NCBI GenBank assembly: GCA_964016885.1
Contig: CAXHJY010001705.1
Location: forward strand, 1 to 14,718
Reading direction: 5' to 3'
Length of the DNA: 14,718 nt
Source: Eledone cirrhosa
Lineage: Eukaryota
In this document: positions 1-9,305 of the stretch, one piece after another
How the letters are laid out: every line of letters starts with the position of its first letter
How positions within the stretch are numbered: position 1 is the stretch's first letter
Position numbers and translations under genes: made by a program
Notes under the pieces: generated by a model
Database searches by the model: none
What the model was told of the DNA's origin: nothing
The model's input: the letters and a program-made list of their open reading frames with translations, nothing else

Positions 1-42
<42 letters not shown>

Positions 43-46
43 TATA

Positions 47-87
<41 letters not shown>

Positions 88-104
88 TAATATATATATA
101 TAAT

Positions 105-185
<81 letters not shown>

Positions 186-210
186 AATATATATATATAT
201 AATATATATA

Positions 211-245
<35 letters not shown>

Positions 246-262
246 ATAAATAATATATATAT
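1..262. repeat. (TA)n / (TAA) imperfect microsatellite
   Basis: Almost pure alternating TA with occasional AA slips. Confidence 0.98.
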
Positions 263-1380
263 GACGTCAATAGAACAGAGACAGAACGGAATCCCTGCTG
301 GCCCTCACACACAGGCTGTTCATGGAGCAAGCAATACTCCTCCCAACAAGAGGCGAAAATGTCCTGGATCTCTGTTTTACAAACAACGAAGTGCTCATCC
401 ACAATGTAAAGGTGACACCAACAATTCTCTCAGATCATAACTTAGTGGAGCTAATTATATGTGGTCCAAGAGAACCAACAGAGACAAAACCACCAAGAAG
501 CTCCGTTTAATGCTGGCAAATTCCAAGCCCTACAATACAAACCTGCAAACACAAATATAGTGGAACACAGCTACACAGGACCAGAAGGGAGACCGATATC
601 CTCGTGTCAAAATCGATACGAGACCTGGGCATAGACATGAGCGATGATGCATCTTTTTCTTCACACATCATGAAAGTGGCGACAATGTGCAGACGACTCG
701 CTGGCTGGATCTTGAGGACTTTCGGACAAGAGATCGAGACACCATGTTGACACTGTGGAGGACTTTTGTCCTAAGCCGCCTGGACTACTGCTCCCCAGTT
801 GTGGTCACCCCATAGTGTCAAACTAACCACGGAGCTTGAGGCAATCCAGCGAAGCTACACCACGAGGATTGCCAAGATGAGGGAGACAAGCTACTGGGAG
901 AGGCTAAAGGAACTGAACCTCTACTCCTTGGAGCGAAGACGGGAGAGATACGCAGTGATCTACTTGTGGAAAATCCTTGGAGGGACTAGCACCAAACTTT
1001 GGCATTGGGAGCTGGACCAACCGTCGAACGTCACTGTGTGGTGCCAAAGGTCCCGTCTTCCACATCTAGAATAAGGAGCAGGTATTGCAATAGCCTGGGA
1101 TTCAAGGGCCCTCAACTCTTCAACAGGCTGCCGAGGCATCTGAGAGACTTGCATGACGTGGAGGTGGATGTCTTTAAGAAACATCTCGACACCTTGTTAT
1201 CCAGGATCCCGGATGAGCCCACAGCAAGACACGAGGGAAACCTAAGGGCAGCAGCAACAAACTCCCTCTTACACCAGTGGGCCAACCTATACAGGCTGGA
1301 GATAAAATGTGTAGCAACAAGGGCGGTGCCCCAGCATGGCCTCAGCCGGATGGCTGAAACAGGTAAAAGAGTAAAAGAGT
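263..1380 (+). mobile_element. CR1/L2-group non-LTR retrotransposon (LINE) remnant: C-terminal part of the APE endonuclease joined to the post-RT C-terminus of ORF2, with intact 3' tail; frameshifted and non-functional
   Basis: 322-510 encodes PTRGENVLDLCFTN...SDHNLV, the APE endonuclease C-terminal motifs. From 506, broken frames give FNAGKFQAL, RDLGIDMSDDASFSSHI, SRLDYC, WSPHSVKLTTELEAIQR, YWERLKELNLYSLERRRERYAVIYLWKIL and GPQLFNRLPRHLR, typical of the CR1/L2-group ORF2 C-terminus. It ends in a hairpin (TCAGCC-ggat-GGCTGA, 1342-1357) plus (GTAAAAGA)x2 at 1363-1378. Clade assigned by motif recognition. Confidence 0.9.
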
Positions 1381-1450
1381 ATATATTATATATATATAAT
1401 AATAATATATATATATATATATAATAATAATAATATATATATATATATTA
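1381..1450. repeat. (TA)n/(TAA)n microsatellite between two tail-to-tail LINEs
   Basis: Direct inspection. Confidence 0.95.
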
Positions 1451-3113
1451 ATGCTTTTTATTAACCACAAGGGTTTACATAAAGTAGACATTAAGGACAG
1501 GACAATACAGGACGGTACAAATGGGCATTTCTGCGTGTAAAAAAAAAAGAGGATGTAATAAAAAATAACAATGAAAAATTCCCCAATAGGGGGAGACTTC
1601 CGAGGGACATTTATGGAGGAAAGCCCATTAAAAGGCCCACGTGACCTTGACCACCAGGGCAAGTGCCCTCCCCCAGTTTTCCACCTTTAATTTACAGACA
1701 CATACTCAGAGTAGGCCCATTCACTCGGGCCATACTTGCTTCTCTCCCCCATCTTTCAACAAAATGCTGGGAAGAGAGCACTTCCCTCTCTACCCTGATT
1801 TTCCTTTTCAAATGAAATTTGAAAAAGTTAATCAGGGCGTCACCGAAATGGTAAGTGCTCATCTTCAGCTCTTTCAAACGTGTCCACCATACTATCTCTT
1901 TCGCCATGGCCACCAGGCAGATAAAAACTGCCTGCCCTTCCCGGCTAAAGGAGGAGGGCGGCGGCAATCCTCACGATGGACTCAGCTGATAGCTGGATCC
2001 GTCCTACACGCGACAGCAGGTGTTCGACATAAACCCCACAAGGCAGCAATTCTCGGACACTGGACGATGGCGTGCAGGACGGTTTCGTCGCCCTGCGCGC
2101 ATCTCGGACATTCCGGCCTGACGGCACCTCCATGCCTGTAGAGTTTATCCCGAACTGGCAAAGCTCCTCGGTAGCACTGCCAGGCCAGGGATTTCTGGAA
2201 GTTGTCCATAGGCCCCGGCCCGAAAGTTCTTCCGAAGAGATTAGCTAGTTGATTTTCGACGACGCCTAGAGTTTCCCCAAGTACGTCGTCGCTCTTCCCC
2301 TCCACTAATCCTCTATAGAACGCCAAGGTGGAGTTTCCACCGATCACATTGCGCGATTGGTTGAGGGCTGTGAACGCCTGAAGACATTTCCACTCTCCAA
2401 GCGCTCCCTCTCGGTCTTCGCTTGACCCAGGACTGCAGATCCGTCAATGAGCTGGGGAAAGACGCGTCTAGCAAACGGCGACCACACCTGATCACCGTCG
2501 AGGAAGAGGTGGAGATGTCGTAGCATGAGCGCGTGTCTGCGCCATCATCAGCACACGACATGCCCAGACCTCCACATAGGGGGTGTTGACAGCAGATGGA
2601 CCCCCTGACCATCGGAGCGCGTCCCTTTCACAAAAAAGTGAAAGAGCAAACGCTCCAGCGCAGTCAGGCGGGGCTTAGGACAAGGTACGACGGTCCAGGC
2701 GGTAATAGATGACGGACGCGATGTACGCGTTAGCCACCTATGGATAGCTTCCTCTCAGCCCATTTCTGGGTGAGAGAAGCCACACCCTGCTCGTCAACCT
2801 CGTCCCAGTTTTTGTCCGTCTGGAGGTCCGACCGAACTAGACCCTTAGCAATTTAACCGGTCCGTCCGTCCAGCGCCCGACGACGCTGTTGGACGGCATG
2901 GACCTGCCTCTCCAGGTGCCGAGCTGCAGGCCCACTGACTTTTGCTGGTTGATCATTGCTCCTGTCACCGCTTCGTATTCTCTTAGTGTAGTGCCGATCG
3001 CCTCGATGTGTTTTAGCGTTCGACACCACTACGGTGACATCGTCGCATATGCTGACACGGATCTTCCGCATCCCTAGTTAGCGCGGGATCCCCGTCAACG
3101 TCTCCAGTTTTGC
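1451..3113 (-). mobile_element. L1/Tx1-clade LINE, 5'-truncated (from the RT catalytic motif through zf-RVT and the 3' UTR), frameshifted
   Basis: The minus strand at about 3034-3058 reads gtg tca gca tat gc- gac gat gtc acc, i.e. VSAY(A)DDVT with a 1-nt deletion in YADD. Then come CCQHPLCGGLGM, the zf-RVT-like WQCYRGALPVRDKLYRHG...CPRCAQGDETVLHAIVQC (ORF 1982-2347) and AKEIVWWTR...FVERW (ORF 1692-1967). The 3' UTR has AATAAA on the minus strand at 1457-1462. Confidence 0.92.
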
Positions 3114-3431
3114 ATGCGTGAGTGTGTATGTGTGCGTGAGTGATTATAAACTCTCTCACATGGTTCTGATGGAATTAACCCTTTAGCATTTACATTATTC
3201 TATATATACTATATTATTTTCATGGTAAAGGCTTTATCTCACATAATATAAAAATCTCATAGATTTAATATTATTTATTTTGAGAACAATACCTTAACCC
3301 TTTAGTATTAATGTGAGTGAGTTATAAAGAGAAAGAGTGAGAGTGAAAGAAACAGCAGACTAAAAGAGCGGGATAGCGGGAGAGAGAGAGAGAGACGCTG
3401 GAAGAGGGGAAGGAAAGCTATAAGTAATTAA

Positions 3432-3434
<3 letters not shown>

Positions 3435-3478
<44 letters not shown>

Positions 3479-3545
3479 TGTTGTGTGTGTGTGTGTGTGT
3501 GCGTGCGTGTGCGCGCGCGTGTGTGTGCGTGCATGTGTGCGTCTG
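3435..3545. repeat. (GT)n microsatellite with GC variants
   Basis: Direct inspection. It probably grew from the GT tract near the 5' end of the Helitron that follows. Confidence 0.95.
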
Positions 3546-4016
3546 TGTGAGTTTGAATCGCTAAAACTAGAGAAGCACCCAACCGACTGTTTTCAAACTT
3601 TACACATGAAATACGTATGTTTTAGGGAGTGTTCTGAGCAAAAGAAATTTCAAATTTTCAATGCTCTAGGGACCGCATTAGGCGATTTAGCGATCTCTCT
3701 CTATAATTCTAGTCTTTCTCTTTTTAGATAGATACATACATATAACGTCACGCCCTTATAATATCTGTCTGTATGTCTGCTGCCTCCGGTTATTCAGCCA
3801 CCCCCTGCTCAAGACAAATCTCCACACTCATTCCCCAAACAGTCGGTAAGTGCACACAACTTCTTCCTCACGTTTTACGTCACAGTGTTGCTTACTTACG
3901 TACCACCAGACCCTTACTTCTTTGCCAGCCGTAGTTGTGGCAATACTAAGCTTAGCTAAAGCGGTTATATATTTCACAATACCTTATCCCGTGAAACCGC
4001 CGGGTACCACTGCTAA
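3540..4016 (+). mobile_element. Non-autonomous Helitron, copy 1 (5' terminus not visible)
   Basis: The 3' end CTTATCCCGTGAAACCGCCGGGTACCACTGCTAA has a GC hairpin at 3988-4004 and CTAA in place of CTAG, and matches the 3' end of copy 2. 3544-3780 aligns closely with 4055-4280. Confidence 0.8.
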
Positions 4017-4018
4017 TA

Positions 4019-4916
4019 TCTACATATATAAAAACTGAGGATGTCTGTCTGTGTGTGTGTGAGTTTGAATCCCTAAAACTAGAGAAGCACCCAACCGACG
4101 TTACACATGTAATACTTATGTTTCAGGGAGTGTTCTGAGCAAAAACAATTTCAATGCCCTAGGGACCGCATTAGGCGATTTAGTCATCTCTCTCTATAAT
4201 TTCTTAGTCTTTCTCTTTTTAGATAGGATACATACATATAACGTCGCACCCTTATAATATCTGTCTGTATGTCTGACTGTCTACATTACGTCACTTCCCT
4301 GAGGATCTGTGTGTGTGTGTCTGTGAGTTTGAATCCCTAAAACTCGAGAAGTACCCAAACCGACTTTTTTCAAACTTTACATGTGTATTACTTATGTTTT
4401 CAGGAAGGTTTATGCACATAAAATTCAACCTTTTAATCTCCTAGGGCCCACATTAGTTGAAAAACTGCGTCTTTTCAGGTTTTTAGGGGTTTTTGAGTCG
4501 TTACGTCAGACTGATTTCCTTGAAATTGTAACTATGTATTAGTCAATCTCTTCTTCATACCCGTGAGCAAAGAAAATCCAACTTTTTTTTTATGGTCTAG
4601 GGCCCGCATTAGGTGAAAAACTTCATTTTTTCAGCTTTTTTTTGAGGCGTTACGTCTAGCCGATTTTCCCGATATTTCAAGGCATATTATGCACATAAAA
4701 AAAATTCATTTTCTTGATCCCCTAGGGCCCGCATTAGTGAAAACCTGCATTTTTCCTGCTTCATCGAGGAAAATCTTAAAGATTATCCAGCCATCAGAGT
4801 ATTCGGTTTATTTTCTTTACATATTGTTCAGGCATGCAGTTTTTCGACGATTAGGTCTGTTGGCAGCCCGCGTTCCAAAATATCTTATCCCGTGCAACGC
4901 CGGGTACCACTGCTAG
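4019..4916 (+). mobile_element. Non-autonomous Helitron, copy 2 (complete termini, internally chimeric)
   Basis: Canonical Helitron hallmarks: 5' TCTACATATATAAAAA at 4019 preceded by A; 3' hairpin CCCGTGCAACGCCGGG (4889-4904) 8 nt before CTAG (4913-4916), followed by T; no TSD; a GTCT/GT microsatellite near the 5' end. Confidence 0.88.
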
Positions 4917-4991
4917 TATATTATCTATATTATATATACGTCATAATTTATATTATACATATGTTATATATATTATATATATATTATAATT

Positions 4992-5066
4992 GCCAGGTGG
5001 TGCTATTAAGTTAGACATGGCCTGGGGCCAATACTGGCCAAAACATTTCAAAGTTATTCAAAGTTA
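4992..5066 (+). mobile_element. Isolated 3' tail of a CR1/L2-type retroposon within TA repeats
   Basis: GGTGGTGC...CATGGCCT, then hairpin GGCCA-atac-TGGCC (5026-5039), then AAAACA and (TTCAAAGTTA)x2 (5047-5066). The layout matches the LINE tail at 1322-1380. Confidence 0.5.
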
Positions 5067-5345
5067 TATTATTATATTATAATATATCATATATATATAT
5101 ATATGTGCGTGTGTGTGCAAAGGAAAAAAGAGTGCTCTATGTATAGAACAGAGCTATTTAATTAGAAAGTGAACTACACAATATATATATATATAAATTA
5201 ATAAAAGATCGGAGGCCCATATTATTACTTTGGAATCATAGTCACTACTTTAAAACTGATAGTGCATGGTCTTATAAATGTTTTTAATTAAACATACGGT
5301 ATATTCCCAAATATACTATACATACATTCCTATATATATATATGT

Positions 5346-5349
5346 AGAG

Positions 5350-5385
<36 letters not shown>

Positions 5386-5411
5386 GAGAGAGAGAGGAGA
5401 GAGAGAGAGAG
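5346..5411. repeat. (GA)n microsatellite
   Basis: Direct inspection. Confidence 0.95.
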
Positions 5412-7910
5412 ATTGGCTAGATGATATTAGTTGTCATCTAGAGTCTCACCAATAACGTTGCCGCTTTTACTCCCCACTAACCTTGTATAGAACGTCAAGG
5501 TGGTGTTTACACAGATCGTACTGTCCGATAGGCAGTGAGCTGTGAGTGCTTGAAAATATTCCAGTTTTCAAGCACTCTCTCTTGGTCCTCGCTTGACCCA
5601 GGACTGCAAACCCGTTAAGGAGACGAGCTGGAGAAAAACGCATCTAGTGAACAGCGACCACACCTGTTCACCGTCCAGGATGCGCTGCAAATGTAGCCAC
5701 AACACGCCCAGTCCTCCACGTAGCGGGTGTTTACACCAAATGTACCCGTCTAACTATTCGCTCGCATCTCTTCCACAAAAATTGAAAGAGCAAATGCTCA
5801 TGTGCCGTCAGATATAGACCAGAACAAGGCACAATGATCTGCGGTAGTAAAAACCTGAAAAACTGCACGTATCTGTCATAGTCCGCCAAAGACCGGATAT
5901 TGGCTTTGTTGTCCACGTTGCGCCTCCGCCCACCCGGACTCGTTGAACGGCTTTCATTCATTTGTGTCTAATAGAACATATTCCATCTCTAATAACGCAG
6001 CCTTCTTGTAGGATTGGTCGAGTTCCAATCTCACTGCAAGCACGTCAGTTGCGTTACCCTTCCTAAACGTCTTTTTGTAGCTTTCTAACTTGCCTCTCCC
6101 TCTAGTTTAATTTTCTCTATCGCTATTTCTTTACTAAACATTTTCGGTTCTACTCTGATCGCCCTTTTCAGAGTGAACCATCATTTGTTGTTGACGATTG
6201 TCCCTTTCAACGCCCACTTAACTAATAGATTAATCCGGTTTTTGTAATCATTGTGCGCCGGAAAGGACACGTTCAGCTTCCAGTAATCGATGAAACCTAT
6301 GAAAGTTGATTATGACAAATCAAAAATTTGTGATCTGTGTAGTCGACTACTTTGAATTGTGGGCAAACTTATCTACTTCAATGCAGAATACCCTATCTAG
6401 TACGATCTGGATGACTCAATGCAGTTTGTCCATTGGCACAGTCGGGGAAATTCAGTCGGTACCTGTCAGACTGTTGGAAATCTTTTGAACAGGTTTGCGA
6501 GGCTTTTACACCCTCCTCTCCTAACCGATATCCTATCAAGCGTTCGTCTAAGATACCGTTCCAGTCACCCACAAACACCAAAGAGCGAGACATTCTTAGA
6601 AAAGTCTCCAGACATCTGAAGAAATCAGGCCGTCATGCTCCAGTCGAAACAGACGGCCACTACTAGCCCGAAGGCATGTTCTTCATTGCTGGTCACGTCG
6701 AGCACCACCAAACTTACTTTCTGGATTCAGGAAGATGGTCCATATCGTGTGATCCAAGCCTTTCCGAAACAACTCAGTAATTTTGCTTCCATATCATGGA
6801 CGGCTTTGTGATGTGTACACCCCGTAGACAGTAGGAGAGAAAGAAAGATAGCCACCTCATGCCTTGGAAATTCTGATCTCGCTGATGGCCACCACATCTA
6901 TGTTTAGAGACTCGTAGTCCTTGAGCAGGTGGCCCTGCTTTCAAGACGACTCCAGTTTACGTGAATTTATACTGTTTATTCTGAATGAGGCCATGTTCGA
7001 TGAAGAGGAGGAGGAAGTGACATTGACAATCCTTTGGCCACAATAAGATTGTACCAGTGTTAGCTTATCGCTTTTGCCTGGTGTTAGCGAGTGTGCTTTC
7101 GCTTCCTGCGGGAGTTGCGAAAAATACGAATACTGTCCCGAATTTTTCTACTTCGAGCTATATGGGTCTTGTGTCTCTATATGTAACACAAAGCTTTTTG
7201 AACTTGGGACTCAGCGGTACGCTCTACCCGGCGTGACTTTACTCCGACTGTGCGGTACGTGTCGCCGCGTACAACGAAGCGCGTTCTCCATAACGTCGGA
7301 TGGAAATATTAGGCTCACTCTGTAGTCCATCCTTTTCACTATAAGCTTTGTCTCCCTTTGTCTTCATTTTTTTCCCTTATTTTTTTTTGTCGCCTCCGCA
7401 AAGGAGGTGGTAATCTGTGAGGGAGGCTTCTCTGTGTTGTTGGAGGTGGTCTCAGTATGTTTTGAATCGGCGTCTTTGTCTACTATTTTTTCGCTGTTAT
7501 TGTTTTTGTTTTGTTTTTGTTGTTACCCTTACTGTCGTAGATATTACTGTTTCTGCCGGGCTTGCTTCTGTTGTTGTTGGCGATAGTCGCCTTGTTGGTG
7601 ATGTCTGCAGTGGTGGTTGTGGCAATGGCGGTGTTAGTGGTGATGATATTGCTATTGTTGATCTTGAGACTCGAATCACCGTGCAAAATTCTTTTGTAGC
7701 TCTGGCTGGATGTGGAAGGGTGTTTAACCTCCATTTTTGTTTTAAAATTTTCTGGGTGTAATTTGTAATTAAAATTAAAATATTTGAACCTTTCTTGAGG
7801 ACAAGGTATGGCGCACCATTCAAAGCTTGTAACAAAAATAAAACAATGGAAAGTTTTCAAAACAAGTGAAGAAACATAAATTTACTGGAGCAGACTCATA
7901 CATGTGTAGC
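5409..7910 (-). mobile_element. Degenerate L1/Tx1-clade LINE: probable 5'/ORF1 remnant, APE endonuclease, linker and post-RT segment; RT core deleted and 3' end truncated
   Basis: ORF2-like start MASFRINSINSRKL at 6994(-), followed by DVVAISEI, LVFVGDWNGILD (ORF 6393-6593) and WKLN (about 6270-6283). 5409-5850 is homologous at nucleotide level to 2237-2710, sharing TATAGAACG.CAAGGTGG, TCGCTTGACCCAGGACTGCA and GCGACCACACCTG.TCACCGTC.AGGA. Assigning 7000-7910 to ORF1/5'UTR rests on position and is less certain. Confidence 0.82.
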
Positions 7911-7920
7911 AAAGTAAAGA

Positions 7921-7957
7921 CAAACAACAACAACAACAATAACAATAATAATAATCA
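7921..7957. repeat. (AAC)n-(AAT)n microsatellite
   Basis: Direct inspection. Confidence 0.9.
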
Positions 7958-8715
7958 TGATGGGCCCAGGAGAGAGAAAAATAGATAACAAGGAAGAGAC
8001 TGCTAGGATTGACTCTTCCACAGAGATCTAAGAAGGGAGACTGAAGTACTACTCATCTGTCCAGAACCAAGCTTTGAGTGCTAAAGGAATTGGTTATCTT
8101 GGCGAAAGTCTGAAGTGCCGTCTATGTGGAATTCATATAGAAAATGCCACCGAAGTGCTAACTCAAATGGATGATAAAAGAATACATAACAAGGTTTGTA
8201 TGTACCTTGACTTGTCAATGTGCAAAAAAAAAAAAAAAAAAAAATTGGATATCAGGTATTCGATAATTCCAACATGTTCCAGAAAGTGTCCTTTATGACA
8301 GAGACAAACCATGCGATACTCTGGGGCTTTACTATTCAAATGGATCGCAGGCTTAGGCACAAGAGATCTGATATTGTAGTTATGCACAGAATTGGGCACG
8401 AATCCCAGATTATTCATGCTACTATCCTAAATATAGCTTTGAAAGAAACTGAACCCCCCCCCCCCCCCCAAAAAAAAAAAAACTAGCCAAACATACTGAC
8501 TTCAAGATCGAAATTGCACGAATGTGGCCAATACAACCTAAACACATTTAGGTAATCCTAGTTGTCATCGGAACTTTGGGATTGATATCACTAAAGCTGA
8601 AGGGTATTTTGAGTTAATAGACTGTGAATCACAAATTGCTTTCCCACAAAAGATTGCCCTGTTTGGCACTGCACATAAGGTGAGGAAACTACTGCCCACC
8701 GAAAGCCCTACAATA
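7958..8715 (+). mobile_element. R4/Dong-like non-LTR retrotransposon 3' fragment (CCHC zinc knuckle plus restriction-like endonuclease), degenerate
   Basis: Broken frames give KCRLCGIHIEN, HNKVC, ILWGFTIQMDRRLRHKRSDIVV (compare LWD..IQTD....RPDIVV), DFKIEIARMW, VVIGTLG and QKIALFGTAHKVRKLL. This is the characteristic RLE C-terminus of the R4/Dong group. Multiple stops and frameshifts. Confidence 0.85.
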
Positions 8716-8758
8716 GGCAGTAGAAGTTTCAATAATCATCAATTTTACTGAGCAAATC

Positions 8759-8813
8759 ATCAACGACAACGGCAACAATAACAACAATAAAAACAACACA
8801 ACAATAATAATAA
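8759..8813. repeat. (AAC)/(AAT) degenerate microsatellite
   Basis: Direct inspection. Confidence 0.85.
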
Positions 8814-8816
8814 AAA

Positions 8817-8910
8817 TGGTTTCTGATTTAGGCACGAGGCCAGCAATTTGAGAGAAAGGACAGTACTTGATTAGTACATATTTTTCTTGATTTTGGGTCG
8901 AGAAAGATGA
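8817..8910 (-). mobile_element. SINE family A, short degenerate 3' fragment
   Basis: GGTTTCTGATTTAGGCACGAGGCCAGCAATTT is the reverse complement of the 3' end of the SINE at 10968-11153. Confidence 0.7.
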
Positions 8911-8939
8911 ACAAAAATAATTCAATAAAAATAATAATA

Positions 8940-9122
8940 GTTTCTACTTTAGGCACAAGGCCAACAATTTTGTGGGGAGGGAAAGTCGATTAAATGACCC
9001 CAGTGCGTTACTACTACTTTATTTTATCAACCCCGTAAGGATGAAAGGCAAAGCTAACCTCGGCGGAATTTGAACTCAGAACGTAAAGGGTCGTAACTCT
9101 GACACCCTACCGCCAATCCACC
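8940..9122 (-). mobile_element. tRNA-derived SINE family A, near full length with an internal deletion in the head
   Basis: Contains TTTATTTTATCAACCCCGTAAGGATGAAAGGCAAAG and the B-box (minus strand GAGTTCAAATTCC), shared with 10968-11153. Confidence 0.88.
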
Positions 9123-9129
9123 AATAATG

Positions 9130-9305
9130 ATTTCTAATTTAGGCACAAACTCAGCAATTTGAGGGCAAGGATATACCGACTATGGTACTTGACTGGCACT
9201 TTATTTTAACTACTTCAGAAGGATGAAAGGCAAAGTTGAGCCGGTGGAATTTGAACCGAGAACGTAAAGAACTAGAACAAATACAGCAAAATATTTTGCC
9301 TGACG
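9130..9305 (-). mobile_element. tRNA-derived SINE family A, diverged copy
   Basis: TTTCTAATTTAGGCACAA...AAGGATGAAAGGCAAAGTTGAGCCGGTGGAATTTGAACCGAGAACGTAAAG; tandem with the previous copy. Confidence 0.85.

Noticed and set aside
1641-2141. Longest ORF in the window (166 aa, + strand)
   Set aside because: It is the antisense shadow of the Tx1 ORF2 C-terminus, with no recognisable motifs.
3175-3309. TTAACCCTTTAG twice (3175, 3294), resembling a piggyBac-type TTAA|CCC terminus
   Set aside because: Both are in the same orientation with no matching inverted end nearby. The similar word at about 14678-14688 is too far away and imperfect.
3435-3731. Cys/Val-rich ORF
   Set aside because: It is the translation of a (GT)n repeat plus non-coding Helitron sequence.
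7417-7860. Overlapping 112-125 aa ORFs rich in Thr/Asn/Pro
   Set aside because: Low-complexity sequence within the presumed decayed ORF1/5' region of the LINE, with no evidence of an independent gene.
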